From the NCBI GenBank assembly GCA_964356695.1, contig CAYHIZ010000001.1:1-56609 (forward strand): DNA of 56,609 bases, read 5' to 3'. The position numbers were made by a program, and so were the translations under genes. A model generated the notes under the pieces. That model did no database searches. It saw only the letters and a list, made by a program, of their open reading frames with translations, and was not told where the DNA came from. Positions within the stretch are counted from its first letter, which is position 1. Every line of letters begins with the position of its first letter. Shown here piece after piece: positions 25,160-34,370 of this stretch. Origin of the DNA: an uncultured Candidatus Saccharibacteria bacterium (lineage in GTDB: Bacteria > Patescibacteriota > Minisyncoccia > Phycocordibacterales > UBA2100).

Positions 25160-26848
25160 ATGCAAATATTGCACTCGTTGATCGCGCGTATATCAGAAAT
25201 TCTTGTCGCACAAGACATTGTCGCAGTAAAACCATCTATAAGACTCGAACATCCGGCAGATTTACAAAACGGAGATTATTCTTCCGGCATCGCTCTTCAA
25301 TACGCGAAACAAGCCGGAATCGCTCCGCGAGCACTTGCGGAAAAGATCGCGAATCTTCTCAGGTCCTCGACTTCGCTCGGACCGACTTCAATACAAAGGA
25401 TTGAAGTCGCAGGAGCCGGATTCATCAATTTTTACCTAACTTCTGCCACACTCGCAGAGGCTATTGAGAAAGCTCGCAATGAGGATTCATGGGGTGGCGG
25501 AAAAGAGAACCAGGGCAAAAAGATCATGGTTGAATATACCGACCCGAATCCTTTCAAGGAATTCCACATTGGCCACCTGATGAGCAACGCGATAGGAGAA
25601 TCTATATCGCGCTTACTGCAATTCTCCGGTGCAGAAGTAAAACGAGCGAATTGGCAGGGAGATGTAGGGCCGCACGTTGCTAAAGCGATCTGGGGCAAGA
25701 CGCAAAAACCGGAACTTTCGTGGGGAGCCGCGTACGCGTATGGCGCGCAACGCTACGACGAGCACAAAGAGGGCATAGACGCGATCAATAAAAAAATATA
25801 CGAAAAAAGCGATCCGGAAATCAACGCTCTTTACGATACGGGCCGCAAAGAATCGCTCGCCCACTTCGAGGATTTGTACAAAATCCTTGGTACGACATTC
25901 GACCACTATTTCTTTGAAGGAACAGAGGGATTGGAAGGAACGGCTATCGTCAGAGACTTCTTGCAAAAAGGAGTGTTTGAGGAGAGTGATGGCGCTGTTG
26001 TGTTCAAGGGAGAGGTATACGGCCTGCACACACGGGTGTTTCTCACGGCTCGCGGATTGCCGACATACGAAGCGAAAGAGCTCGGTCTCAACAAAGCGAA
26101 ATTCGAAAAAGAACCAGATTTGGATCAGTCGATCATCGTCACGGCAAACGAACAGAGTGAATATTTCAAGGTTGTTTTGAAAGCGATGGAAATTATATTT
26201 CCTGATATCGCGAAAAAAACAATCCATATTTCGCATGGCATGATGCGTTTCGCAGATGGCAAGATGTCTTCGCGTACAGGCAACGTAATCACAGGAGAGT
26301 CGCTTCTTAATGAGCTTATCGAAGTCGCCAAAGTACGCGCCACAGAAAGTCGCCGGCCTGCGCAGGCAGGTGCGGATAACCCTACAAAACTTGCAGAGCA
26401 AATCGCCGTTGCCGCGATTAAGTATCAAATCCTCAGGCAAGGATCTGGTAAAGATATAGTCTTTGATCGCGAACGCGCGCTCTCTCTCGAAGGCGATTCA
26501 GGTCCATATCTGCAGTATGCGCACGCGAGAGCATGCGCCGTAGTCGAAAAAGCACGCGAGCAAAATGTTACCGCTAAGGCGGATGTAGACGCTCCCCCGA
26601 CTGAGCTCTCCCGTCTCCTATATCGTTTTCCCGAGGCGGTGGAATACGCCGCGCACGAACTGGAGCCGCACCTTCTCACTAATTATCTTTTGGAATTCGC
26701 CTCGGCATTCAATCGTTGGTACGCGAGCGAGCAGATTCTCGATGGTTCGACAAATTCGCCGCATAAAGTGGCACTAACCGAAGCGGTGCGCCGCACCCTC
26801 AAGAATGGCCTGTGGCTCCTCGGCATTCCCACGCCGGAGAGGATGTGA
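25160..26848 (+). CDS. argS: Arginyl-tRNA synthetase
   Basis: FHIGHLMSN (HIGH), MSSRTGN (KMSK-equivalent), and a C-terminal DALR anticodon-binding-like region. Confidence 0.9.
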   Translation: MQILHSLIARISEILVAQDIVAVKPSIRLEHPADLQNGDYSSGIALQYAKQAGIAPRALAEKIANLLRSSTSLGPTSIQRIEVAGAGFINFYLTSATLAEAIEKARNEDSWGGGKENQGKKIMVEYTDPNPFKEFHIGHLMSNAIGESISRLLQFSGAEVKRANWQGDVGPHVAKAIWGKTQKPELSWGAAYAYGAQRYDEHKEGIDAINKKIYEKSDPEINALYDTGRKESLAHFEDLYKILGTTFDHYFFEGTEGLEGTAIVRDFLQKGVFEESDGAVVFKGEVYGLHTRVFLTARGLPTYEAKELGLNKAKFEKEPDLDQSIIVTANEQSEYFKVVLKAMEIIFPDIAKKTIHISHGMMRFADGKMSSRTGNVITGESLLNELIEVAKVRATESRRPAQAGADNPTKLAEQIAVAAIKYQILRQGSGKDIVFDRERALSLEGDSGPYLQYAHARACAVVEKAREQNVTAKADVDAPPTELSRLLYRFPEAVEYAAHELEPHLLTNYLLEFASAFNRWYASEQILDGSTNSPHKVALTEAVRRTLKNGLWLLGIPTPERM

Positions 26849-26864
26849 AATAACTCGTCATTCC

Positions 26865-27698
26865 ATGAAAAAACTCGGCGCGCGACTTGGACAGCATTTT
26901 CTCACGGGACAGTGGGCGGCTACCAGACTTGCGCAATCGATATACGTGCGCGAAGACGAGACCATCCTCGAAATCGGACCGGGGAAGGGGGCACTCACGC
27001 GAGAACTACTCGCGACAGGGGCATCAGTCATCGCCGTAGAGAAAGATGAGGCGCTAGCAGAACATCTTCAGAATATATTTTCAGAAGAAATAGATTCGGG
27101 TAAACTCAAAATTATCACTGGAGATATACGCGACATCACTGCGAAAAAAATGGGATTGAAGAAATATGTCGTCGCCGCGAACATTCCATATTACATTACC
27201 GGTGAAATCATTCGGCAATTTCTAGCAACAAATGTACAACCCCGTGCGATGGTGCTTCTCATACAAAAAGAAGTGGCGGAGCGAATAATCGCGCGTGACG
27301 GCAAGGAAAGTATTTTGTCCCTATCGGTCAAAGCATACGGAATTCCGAAAATGATTGCAAAAGTATCACGCGGAAATTTTTTTCCGCCACCATCGGTGGA
27401 TTCAGCAATTCTCCTGATTGAGAATATTTCAAGAAAATCATTCTCCAATATCAGCGAAGACGTATTTTTCAAAGTCGTGCATGCAGGATTTGCCGCGAAG
27501 CGAAAATTTCTCTCCAGCAATCTCGCGGTGGTATTTGATAAGGAAAAAATAAGTGAAGCTTTTACTCAACTCGACATTAACGAGAAGATCCGAGCAGAAG
27601 ACATGCAGTGGGAGAAATGGGGGCGTTTAGCTACGAAACTACCTCCCAATCGAGGGCGTGCGCAAGCCCCAGTCGCTGGCGGTGTTGGTGTCTTTTGA
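26865..27698 (+). CDS. rsmA: 16S rRNA (adenine1518/1519-N6)-dimethyltransferase RsmA/KsgA
   Basis: LGQHFL, SAM motif ILEIGPGKGALT, and ANIPYYITGEI. Start at the ATG at 26865; the ORF track starts at 26805, inside the argS 3' end. The 3' end overlaps the convergent gene by about 60 nt. Confidence 0.85.
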   Translation: MKKLGARLGQHFLTGQWAATRLAQSIYVREDETILEIGPGKGALTRELLATGASVIAVEKDEALAEHLQNIFSEEIDSGKLKIITGDIRDITAKKMGLKKYVVAANIPYYITGEIIRQFLATNVQPRAMVLLIQKEVAERIIARDGKESILSLSVKAYGIPKMIAKVSRGNFFPPPSVDSAILLIENISRKSFSNISEDVFFKVVHAGFAAKRKFLSSNLAVVFDKEKISEAFTQLDINEKIRAEDMQWEKWGRLATKLPPNRGRAQAPVAGGVGVF

Positions 27699-28643
27699 AA
27701 GCGTAACTCGAAAAAGAGAATTGCCATACGATGCAACGGGCACACTCGGATTCATTGTCTTATCCGTACCCCATGAGACGGCGTCCACGACAGCGCCGGA
27801 GGCATTCCGCAAAACAACGCGATCTCCTCCGTTTGAAAGCCCATCTCCGATGGAACTGTCAAGCGAAACAAACTGAGTTTCGGGGGGAATATTCCAAAGA
27901 GAACGCGTTGTAGGCATGGCGGAAATTACCACGAAACGACCGGGCGCGATCATTGTGCCGTTTGGTATTACATCAGACGCAATGGCATCTTCTATTTTCC
28001 ACCCGCCGATATTTACAGTCGCCGTAGTGCCATTGAAAATCTCGATCCATTCATTCACCGGTTTAGTACCATGTGCCGTGTCTACCGCATAATAAACCTC
28101 ACTGATGATTAATTTAGCAAGGGTTCCGATAGGAGGAATTGGCGGAGGATTGGGGGGTGTAGGGTTTGAAACAGGAGGCGGAGAAGTGGTGGGAGATGGC
28201 GTTGTTGGGTTGGAAGCGGGGGACGGATTAGATATGGAGGAGCGTGCTGGGGGTGATTGAGATGGTTGGGACGGAATACGAGAAGGTGACGATGGGCCGG
28301 TTGTGGGTGGAGCAGCCGGTGCGCCCTGACCGCTTGATCCCATCATGGTTATTGCGATGCCAGTGTAAATAGTTAGCGGAGATATTTTATAAATACAGTA
28401 GTAGGGTGCGCCCGCTAACCCTAACAACCATTGCCCCGCGTTCGCGGGGGGACCGAATTGATACGTGCGCGTTGCGCTCGTCCAAATGTATTCACCTCCG
28501 ACAGGAGGACCCAAATTGACATAGATCGTCGAATTATAAGGACATTGGAGAACGGTGGAGGCACGCCCGCCAAAAGGAAATGCCTGCGCCACAAAGGGCA
28601 CCGCGAGAATGACTCCCAAAACCGCGACGTATCGAGTGTCCAT
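27639..28643 (-). CDS. Secreted protein with Pro/Ser/Thr-rich linker and C-terminal lamin-tail domain (LTD)
   Basis: Signal peptide MDTRYVAVLGVILAVPFVAQA. A PST-rich tract is followed by LIISEVYYAV...NEWIEIFNGT...GGWKIED...GDRVVLRNASGAVVDAVSWG, typical of LTD. The ORF track extends to 28676. Confidence 0.6.
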   Translation of the reverse strand: MDTRYVAVLGVILAVPFVAQAFPFGGRASTVLQCPYNSTIYVNLGPPVGGEYIWTSATRTYQFGPPANAGQWLLGLAGAPYYCIYKISPLTIYTGIAITMMGSSGQGAPAAPPTTGPSSPSRIPSQPSQSPPARSSISNPSPASNPTTPSPTTSPPPVSNPTPPNPPPIPPIGTLAKLIISEVYYAVDTAHGTKPVNEWIEIFNGTTATVNIGGWKIEDAIASDVIPNGTMIAPGRFVVISAMPTTRSLWNIPPETQFVSLDSSIGDGLSNGGDRVVLRNASGAVVDAVSWGTDKTMNPSVPVASYGNSLFRVTLSKDTNTASDWGLRTPSIGR

Positions 28644-28769
28644 CGGCACATAGTACCATTTAAAAACAGTCAACACTGTAGCTCACAAATAATGGTACCG
28701 ACACCCCATAGAATAGAGAACTCGTAATCAGTGGTATGTTTATAGGCACGAGAAAGTGCAGTAACACAT

Positions 28770-29507
28770 ATGCCAAATTCAATATCTTCTCACGAACGAA
28801 CTGATAATGATCAAAAGGTCGTTGATCACTTTAATCAAAGCGACGCGGGATGGGTGCAGGCATCTGAGATGGTTAAAGCACAAAAAGAACTTTCAGATGC
28901 CAAACTGGAAATGATTGAAGTTAGTTTTGAAAGGCTTTCCAGGGATAACGTCGATGAAGCAAAGAAAATGATGGACGAAGTATTTGCTTTGGAAAAAGGA
29001 TTGGCCGGGAGAGATCTTGAATCCCAAATATATCCCGATCGGCATACGGATATCGCGCACGGCACTGAGATAAATAAAAACTATTGGATCGTGAAAAATG
29101 AAGTCGGAGAAATGATTGGAATTACGGGTTTTTCGGGTTTTGAAGATGACAAAGCTGAACACTGTTGGATTGGCTGGTTTGGTTTGAAGCCGGGAATCCG
29201 TGGTGGCGATCTTGGGGCGCAATTGCTCGACAAGATTATGCAGGAGGCGATCACACAAGGAAAAACTGAAATGTACACGATAACTTCCGATCATCAGGAC
29301 ATGGCAGGCAATGCAAAGTTTTATCATCAAAATGGATTTCCAATCGTGACGGTTCTGGATCAACGAGGGGCGCATAGGGGCATGGGATCCGAAAAACTCT
29401 CTCAGCCCATGGTCCGGAAAATGCAGGAAGATTATGCAGGTTTCGTTGAGACTGGCGTTAATATATTTATTCGTCACAGAGAACTCAAGCAACAAAACGC
29501 GATCTGA
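28770..29507 (+). CDS. GNAT-family N-acetyltransferase (probable)
   Basis: IGITGFSGFEDDKAEHCWIGWFGLKPGIRGGDLGAQLLDKIMQEA (motif A-like R-G-x-x-G) and a C-terminal FYHQNGF. Confidence 0.55.
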   Translation: MPNSISSHERTDNDQKVVDHFNQSDAGWVQASEMVKAQKELSDAKLEMIEVSFERLSRDNVDEAKKMMDEVFALEKGLAGRDLESQIYPDRHTDIAHGTEINKNYWIVKNEVGEMIGITGFSGFEDDKAEHCWIGWFGLKPGIRGGDLGAQLLDKIMQEAITQGKTEMYTITSDHQDMAGNAKFYHQNGFPIVTVLDQRGAHRGMGSEKLSQPMVRKMQEDYAGFVETGVNIFIRHRELKQQNAI

Positions 29508-29532
29508 TACTGGATGCCGCACACAAAACCCA

Positions 29533-30681
29533 CTAGACTGTCTTACGATCGCGCAGAGACTCTTCCCAACCAGTACCCTTACTCGGAACGTGTTTCCACC
29601 TGTCCCGTTCTTCAACCCTGCCGTCACGCGAGATCATTTCTTCGGGGTTATTCGGAGTCGCTTTTTCGCGAGGTTTCGTCGTATCAATGGAAATCCACTT
29701 TTTGTCCGGATGCGCATCGAGCTGCATAAAGAATTTGTCGATCGCAGGATACTTGCGCCGCAATTCATCCTTTGTCGGAACGCTGTCCTTATTACCGTAT
29801 TCCAACTGCATGATCTCAAGATAAAATTTTTCATACGATTCGCGACTGATTGCTGTTTTGTCTTCATTTAAAACTCCGTTCCACTTCGGATCTGCTCTAT
29901 TGAGCATGCGGAAAGCCAAAGAATCGTAGGCTTGGATTTTTTGAGGGTCGTCCGACGCTGGTCGACAATACGCAACGTCCGGATCATTCACAATGATGCA
30001 ATCAACCGAGCGTTTCCAGAAATTTTGCCTGCCCTCGACTCTCCGCATTACATCTTCGGGCTTTTCGTCGGGGTAGACATTTCCCGCCAAGACACGCTTA
30101 TCTTCAAATTCGTATAACACATGGTCTTTGCCACGTGCGCGCATTTGCTCGTCGCTGATCTCCGCCGCCTTGGGATAGATCCCCTGATTTCGGTAGTCTG
30201 AATGTATCCCTGCGTATGGCGTATACATCGCATCGGGAACGTTTGGATTGATGCGAATAAGTTCAACGCCGATCTGCTTATCGCCGTCTTTCATGAGGTA
30301 GTAGCTGGCGAGCTCGGGAGTGAAGAAAAATCTGCAAAATGTCTGGTTGGTCTCTAGATCTGTAGGGTCGGTAAAACTATGCTTCATCATATCCATGGCG
30401 AGCCGAAAGTCTTGTTTGGTTTTGACTTCGGCTGAAGATAGGCCTTTTGGCTGTTCGCGCGGAGCCTCCGAACCGTGTGCTCGAGCCCCGATACCGAGCG
30501 CATCTTTCGTGTTCTGTATGCCCACTTCATTTGCTATATCTCTTTCCGATATCGCCATTGGGTTCAGTATGAGATCAGGCGTTACGGGTAAATGGAGAGG
30601 TTGCTGATCGGGTTTTCGCTCGGGGCTCTCGATACTCTTATCTGGCACGCTCTTGAACTTATCATCGGGTCTTTCAATCAT
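29533..30681 (-). CDS. Hypothetical protein with possible GNAT-like core
   Basis: YLMKDGDKQIGVELIRIN...YAGIHSDYRNQGIYPKAAEI resembles GNAT motif A. The remainder is unrecognised. Confidence 0.4.
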   Translation of the reverse strand: MIERPDDKFKSVPDKSIESPERKPDQQPLHLPVTPDLILNPMAISERDIANEVGIQNTKDALGIGARAHGSEAPREQPKGLSSAEVKTKQDFRLAMDMMKHSFTDPTDLETNQTFCRFFFTPELASYYLMKDGDKQIGVELIRINPNVPDAMYTPYAGIHSDYRNQGIYPKAAEISDEQMRARGKDHVLYEFEDKRVLAGNVYPDEKPEDVMRRVEGRQNFWKRSVDCIIVNDPDVAYCRPASDDPQKIQAYDSLAFRMLNRADPKWNGVLNEDKTAISRESYEKFYLEIMQLEYGNKDSVPTKDELRRKYPAIDKFFMQLDAHPDKKWISIDTTKPREKATPNNPEEMISRDGRVEERDRWKHVPSKGTGWEESLRDRKTV

Positions 30682-30764
30682 GGATGTATTATAACTCTTT
30701 TTTGTACCTGCTATACTTTCATTGTGTGCATAAGTACCGTCTTTTCAAAAGAAAATATCGAACG

Positions 30765-30935
30765 GTGCACGTGCTCTTTGTGTCAGTCGCCATCGTTATG
30801 TTCTGGAAAGGGGTGTAGTCGCTCCTCGACGCGTATCTTTTACCGGGCAATGTTCTCCTCAGTAATCTCATTTTGATACTTGTTGCCTTTTCCATCTTGT
30901 ATCTTGACGACTTTCACCTCAAGGAACTCGAATAA
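30765..30935 (+). pseudogene. Small two-helix membrane ORF interrupted by an in-frame TAG (pseudogene, or a TGG>TAG change)
   Basis: Hand translation: VHVLFVSVAIVMFWKGV*SLLDAYLLPGNVLLSNLILILVAFSILYLDDFHLKELE*. The TAG is at 30816-30818. Both halves are hydrophobic-helix-like and in the same frame. An in-frame ATG lies upstream at 30684. Confidence 0.3.
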
Positions 30936-30975
30936 GACGCTGTTCACTGCTCACTGTTCATTGTACACTTATCCC

Positions 30976-31869
30976 ATGCAGTGGATCCGTTCGCACATAT
31001 ATGTTGTCGCGCTAGCAGGAACATTTATATTAATCCTCGTTGGCGCGCTCATCGTTGGGAAAAAATCCGCAGTCGAACAAGGGCCCGCTTCTTCTCTGCG
31101 TGCGTGGGGTGGTGTCGGAGCAAATATTTCTGATCCAACCGCGCGTACGCCAGATCAGGATCTTACGTCAGAAAACAGCCTGTACACCGAAGTACGGAAT
31201 GGTCCACCATTTTACTACGCCCCACCCACGACACAGATTCCACAAACACAAACAGGAGAGACGACTGATTTTGACCTCCAAGAATTACTTGCAACTCTGG
31301 CCCATGCGCCCAAAAATCCGCCCACCAAGGTTGCCCCCCTCGCCTCAGACGCATATTCATTCATTCCTGCGGGTCTTTTGAGCATATCTCCCGATGTAGA
31401 TCAATCGGAACGAACGGAAGCACAGCAAAAACTCTATGATTACGGGAACGACGTTGCAGGAAGCATACGGTCTTATGAAGATTTATATCGCAATGCGCCC
31501 CACATAATGAAAAATCAGTTCGAGGACAGGCGAAACCCGGAGAAAAACGCGGTGCTTTTGAATCTTGCGAACAGCCTTGCGGAGGTGGGGAACGCATTGC
31601 TCGTCGTGGAAGAAGTTCCATCACAGATATCGACCGCACATCAAAAGCTTGCCAAAAGTTACAAAGAAATGGGTGAGAAACTATCGCGTATTCCGAAGGC
31701 AGGTAGCGATCAGGCGCTGCTTGACGCGATGACCACTTACAATGCCTCAGCAGAAACGTACACAAAAAATTATATTGCGTTCGCAACTCTTTTCTCCGCG
31801 CATGGAGTGAAATTCAAGTCAGGCGATCCGGGCAGTATATTTACGTTCACAAACGCGATCACGTTATAG
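30976..31869 (+). CDS. Hypothetical N-terminally anchored protein
   Basis: The ATG at 30976 gives MQWIRSHIYVVALAGTFILILVGALIV (TM) followed by a soluble helical domain. The C-terminal region distantly resembles the product of 36186-37031. Confidence 0.5.
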   Translation: MQWIRSHIYVVALAGTFILILVGALIVGKKSAVEQGPASSLRAWGGVGANISDPTARTPDQDLTSENSLYTEVRNGPPFYYAPPTTQIPQTQTGETTDFDLQELLATLAHAPKNPPTKVAPLASDAYSFIPAGLLSISPDVDQSERTEAQQKLYDYGNDVAGSIRSYEDLYRNAPHIMKNQFEDRRNPEKNAVLLNLANSLAEVGNALLVVEEVPSQISTAHQKLAKSYKEMGEKLSRIPKAGSDQALLDAMTTYNASAETYTKNYIAFATLFSAHGVKFKSGDPGSIFTFTNAITL

Positions 31870-31905
31870 AGATAGGATCTCCGGAACCAAGAAATTAGAC
31901 AATGA

Positions 31906-32706
31906 TCATTTCCTTTTGAACCAGAAGAGGAGAAAAATCGCGAGCATGATGAGCACGATTGTTCCTCCGGTCGATAGGTCAAAGTAGAAGGATGTGAAAA
32001 TACCAGCTACCACTGAAAAGAGCGAGATGGCCTCTGCATAGAAAATCGTTTGGGCAAAACTTTTTCGCAGTTGCAAAGCCGAGACAACAGGTATCACGAT
32101 AAGCGCGGCGATGAGAAGTATGCCGACGACCGGTATCGCAAGCGCAATCGTCATGGCCACAAGCACAATGAAGATGGTGTTAATCCGCGAGGTCGGTATG
32201 CCGCTTACTTTCGCCGACTCCTCGCTGAACGTTATATACACCAGCTCCTTGTAGAACATGGCGAGCACAAGTGCGACAATAACCGCAAGCGATGCAATCA
32301 TATAAACGTCCGCCTGTGTCACCGTCACGATGGAGCCAAAAAGATAATTGAAAAGATTACTATTGAAGCCTCGGCCGAGCGACAAGAGCACCGTCGCGAG
32401 CGCGAGACTTCCCGAAAGGAAGAGTGCGAGCGCGGATTCGCCATAGATACGTTGCGTCGAGCGCAACCTCTCGATGCCGAGAGAAGTCGCCACGGTCGTC
32501 CCAAGCGCGGTTAGCATGGGATTAATGCCCGTAAGAAATCCAAGCGCAACGCCAGCAAGAGACACATGCGCGAGGGTATCGGCGATAAGGGAATAGCGGC
32601 GCAATACGAGAAAGATACCGATTAAGGGCGCAATGAACGCGACGATAATACCGGCCTCAAGTCCGCGCTGAAAGAATCCGTACTGAAAAATATCGTAGAT
32701 GCTCAT
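31906..32706 (-). CDS. znuB: Metal (Zn/Mn) ABC transporter permease (ABC-3 family)
   Basis: Polytopic ABC-3 type permease (ADTLAHVSLAGVALG). It lies in an operon with an ATPase and a TroA-like SBP, downstream of a Fur-family gene. Confidence 0.8.
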   Translation of the reverse strand: MSIYDIFQYGFFQRGLEAGIIVAFIAPLIGIFLVLRRYSLIADTLAHVSLAGVALGFLTGINPMLTALGTTVATSLGIERLRSTQRIYGESALALFLSGSLALATVLLSLGRGFNSNLFNYLFGSIVTVTQADVYMIASLAVIVALVLAMFYKELVYITFSEESAKVSGIPTSRINTIFIVLVAMTIALAIPVVGILLIAALIVIPVVSALQLRKSFAQTIFYAEAISLFSVVAGIFTSFYFDLSTGGTIVLIMLAIFLLFWFKRK

Positions 32707-33440
32707 GGGTGTGGATGGATAACGTTATGCGTACCCTTGAAATATGTGTCGACTGAATCATGGAAGAAAATGGTGCGGTCGATGCAGGCGATGTGCATGG
32801 CTTCGTGAGCCATGCTCTCGATGTCGTGCGTTATGAGCACGATCGTCAATTCAAGCCCTTTGTTCAACTTGCGGAGCAGCGCATAAAATTCATCCTTGAT
32901 ACTCTGCTCAACGCCAACTGTCGGTTCGTCGAGGAACAACACCTCCGGCTCTCCGGCAAGCGCGCGAGCGATAAAGACGCGCTGTTGCTCTCCGCCCGAT
33001 AGATCGCCGATAAGCGTATTGCGATATCGGAGCATGTCCACTTGCCGTATCGCTTCAAACGCTTTCTCCCTGTCCTCCGTCGTTATCCGTCGAAACAATC
33101 CGCGATGGCCGTAGCGCCCCATCAACACCACTTCCTCTACTGTTGCCGGAAAGTTGGCGTCGAATGCGGTGGCCTTCTGCGGTACATACCCTACCCTCGA
33201 CCAATCCCTGAACGACCGGATATCCTGCCCAAAGAGTCGTATCGCACCGCTTTTAGGGATAAGAAGCCCAAGAATCAACCTGAGCAAAGTCGTCTTTCCA
33301 GCGCCGTTGCCGCCGACAAGCCCGAGGTAATCTCCCCGATGGATGTCGAGGTTGATGTCTTTGAACACTTCGTGTCCGTTGTAGAAGAATGAGACGTTTT
33401 TCGCCTCGACAATATTTTCACCATGATTTACTGCGTGCAT
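32703..33440 (-). CDS. znuC: Metal (Zn/Mn) ABC transporter ATP-binding protein
   Basis: GGNGAGKTTLLRLILG, LSGGEQQRVFIARAL, LFLDEPTVGVE. There is a 4-nt overlap with the permease gene. Confidence 0.85.
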   Translation of the reverse strand: MHAVNHGENIVEAKNVSFFYNGHEVFKDINLDIHRGDYLGLVGGNGAGKTTLLRLILGLLIPKSGAIRLFGQDIRSFRDWSRVGYVPQKATAFDANFPATVEEVVLMGRYGHRGLFRRITTEDREKAFEAIRQVDMLRYRNTLIGDLSGGEQQRVFIARALAGEPEVLFLDEPTVGVEQSIKDEFYALLRKLNKGLELTIVLITHDIESMAHEAMHIACIDRTIFFHDSVDTYFKGTHNVIHPHP

Positions 33441-34348
33441 TGTAAGGCAACCTTGAGACTCGCGAGGTTGCTACGCATCACTGTCATATAGTCCTGTCCG
33501 GCCGCAAGACCGTCATCCGCGATTCCCTCTATCGGGTCAAGCACCAGGGTCTGCGCTCCAATTTCGGTTGCGATCGTCTGCGAAAGTTTCGGCGACACAA
33601 GGATCTCGAAGAAGATATATTTCACGCCATTCTTTCTTGCGAAGTCCGCGACAGCCGCGAGGTCTTTTGCCGATGGTTCTTCTTCGGGAGAGAGGCCCGA
33701 GATCGGTACCTGGTTGAGTCCGTAGGTCGCGACGAGATAACCGAACGCGGCATGCGACGTGATAATGTCTTTCCTCTGACAGCTCGCGAGTCCTTGCTTG
33801 TATTCCGTGTCGAGTTGGCTGAGCTTCGCCTTAAGGTCTACTGCGTTCTTCGCATAGTAGTCGGCGTTCGCAGGATCAGCATTCGCATAGCCTTGCTCTA
33901 TCTTGTCCACCATCTGCTCCGCAAGAATGGGCGAGAGCCAGACATGCGGATCGACAATATCCTCGCCGTCATAAATGAAACGGCGAGTCATCAGTCCCTC
34001 ACCGGCAGTCACGAGAGTGGTTTTTTGAGAATCCATATTTTGTTTGACGCTTTCGCCCCACGCTTCAAGTCCTCCGCCGTTGAGAACGACCAGGTTCGCG
34101 CCTTCTATTTTCGCCATGTCCTGCGCCGTCGGTTCATAGTCGTGCGGTTCGCCACCGGCAGGGGTGACGTTAATCACATCAGCATTGTCGCCGCCTATCT
34201 GCGAGGCAAAGAAGTACATCGGATAGAAGCTGGCTACCACGGAGATTTTGCCCTCCGGAGCGTTCGACGGCTTCTGCCCGACAAAGAAATAGCCGAGCGC
34301 GCCGATGATGAGCACGCCCGCGATCACTGCTATATATTTCATGTTCAT
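33428..34348 (-). CDS. znuA: Metal ABC transporter substrate-binding protein (TroA/ZnuA-like)
   Basis: N-terminal anchor, then PAGGEPHDYEPT, DPHVWLSP, and a C-terminal lobe typical of cluster A-I SBPs. Confidence 0.8.
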   Translation of the reverse strand: MNMKYIAVIAGVLIIGALGYFFVGQKPSNAPEGKISVVASFYPMYFFASQIGGDNADVINVTPAGGEPHDYEPTAQDMAKIEGANLVVLNGGGLEAWGESVKQNMDSQKTTLVTAGEGLMTRRFIYDGEDIVDPHVWLSPILAEQMVDKIEQGYANADPANADYYAKNAVDLKAKLSQLDTEYKQGLASCQRKDIITSHAAFGYLVATYGLNQVPISGLSPEEEPSAKDLAAVADFARKNGVKYIFFEILVSPKLSQTIATEIGAQTLVLDPIEGIADDGLAAGQDYMTVMRSNLASLKVALQCTQ

Positions 34349-34370
34349 AAAATCTTATATTAATTACTAA

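Noticed and set aside
25613-26440. 275-aa ORF antisense to argS.
   Set aside because: It lies entirely inside a confidently identified aminoacyl-tRNA synthetase gene on the other strand. The product is Arg/Phe/Cys-rich with no motif, which is typical of a shadow ORF.
28893-29627. 244-aa minus-strand ORF opposite the GNAT gene.
   Set aside because: It is antisense to an ORF with a recognisable acetyltransferase motif, and its composition (Phe/Ile/Ser/Cys-rich) is shadow-like.
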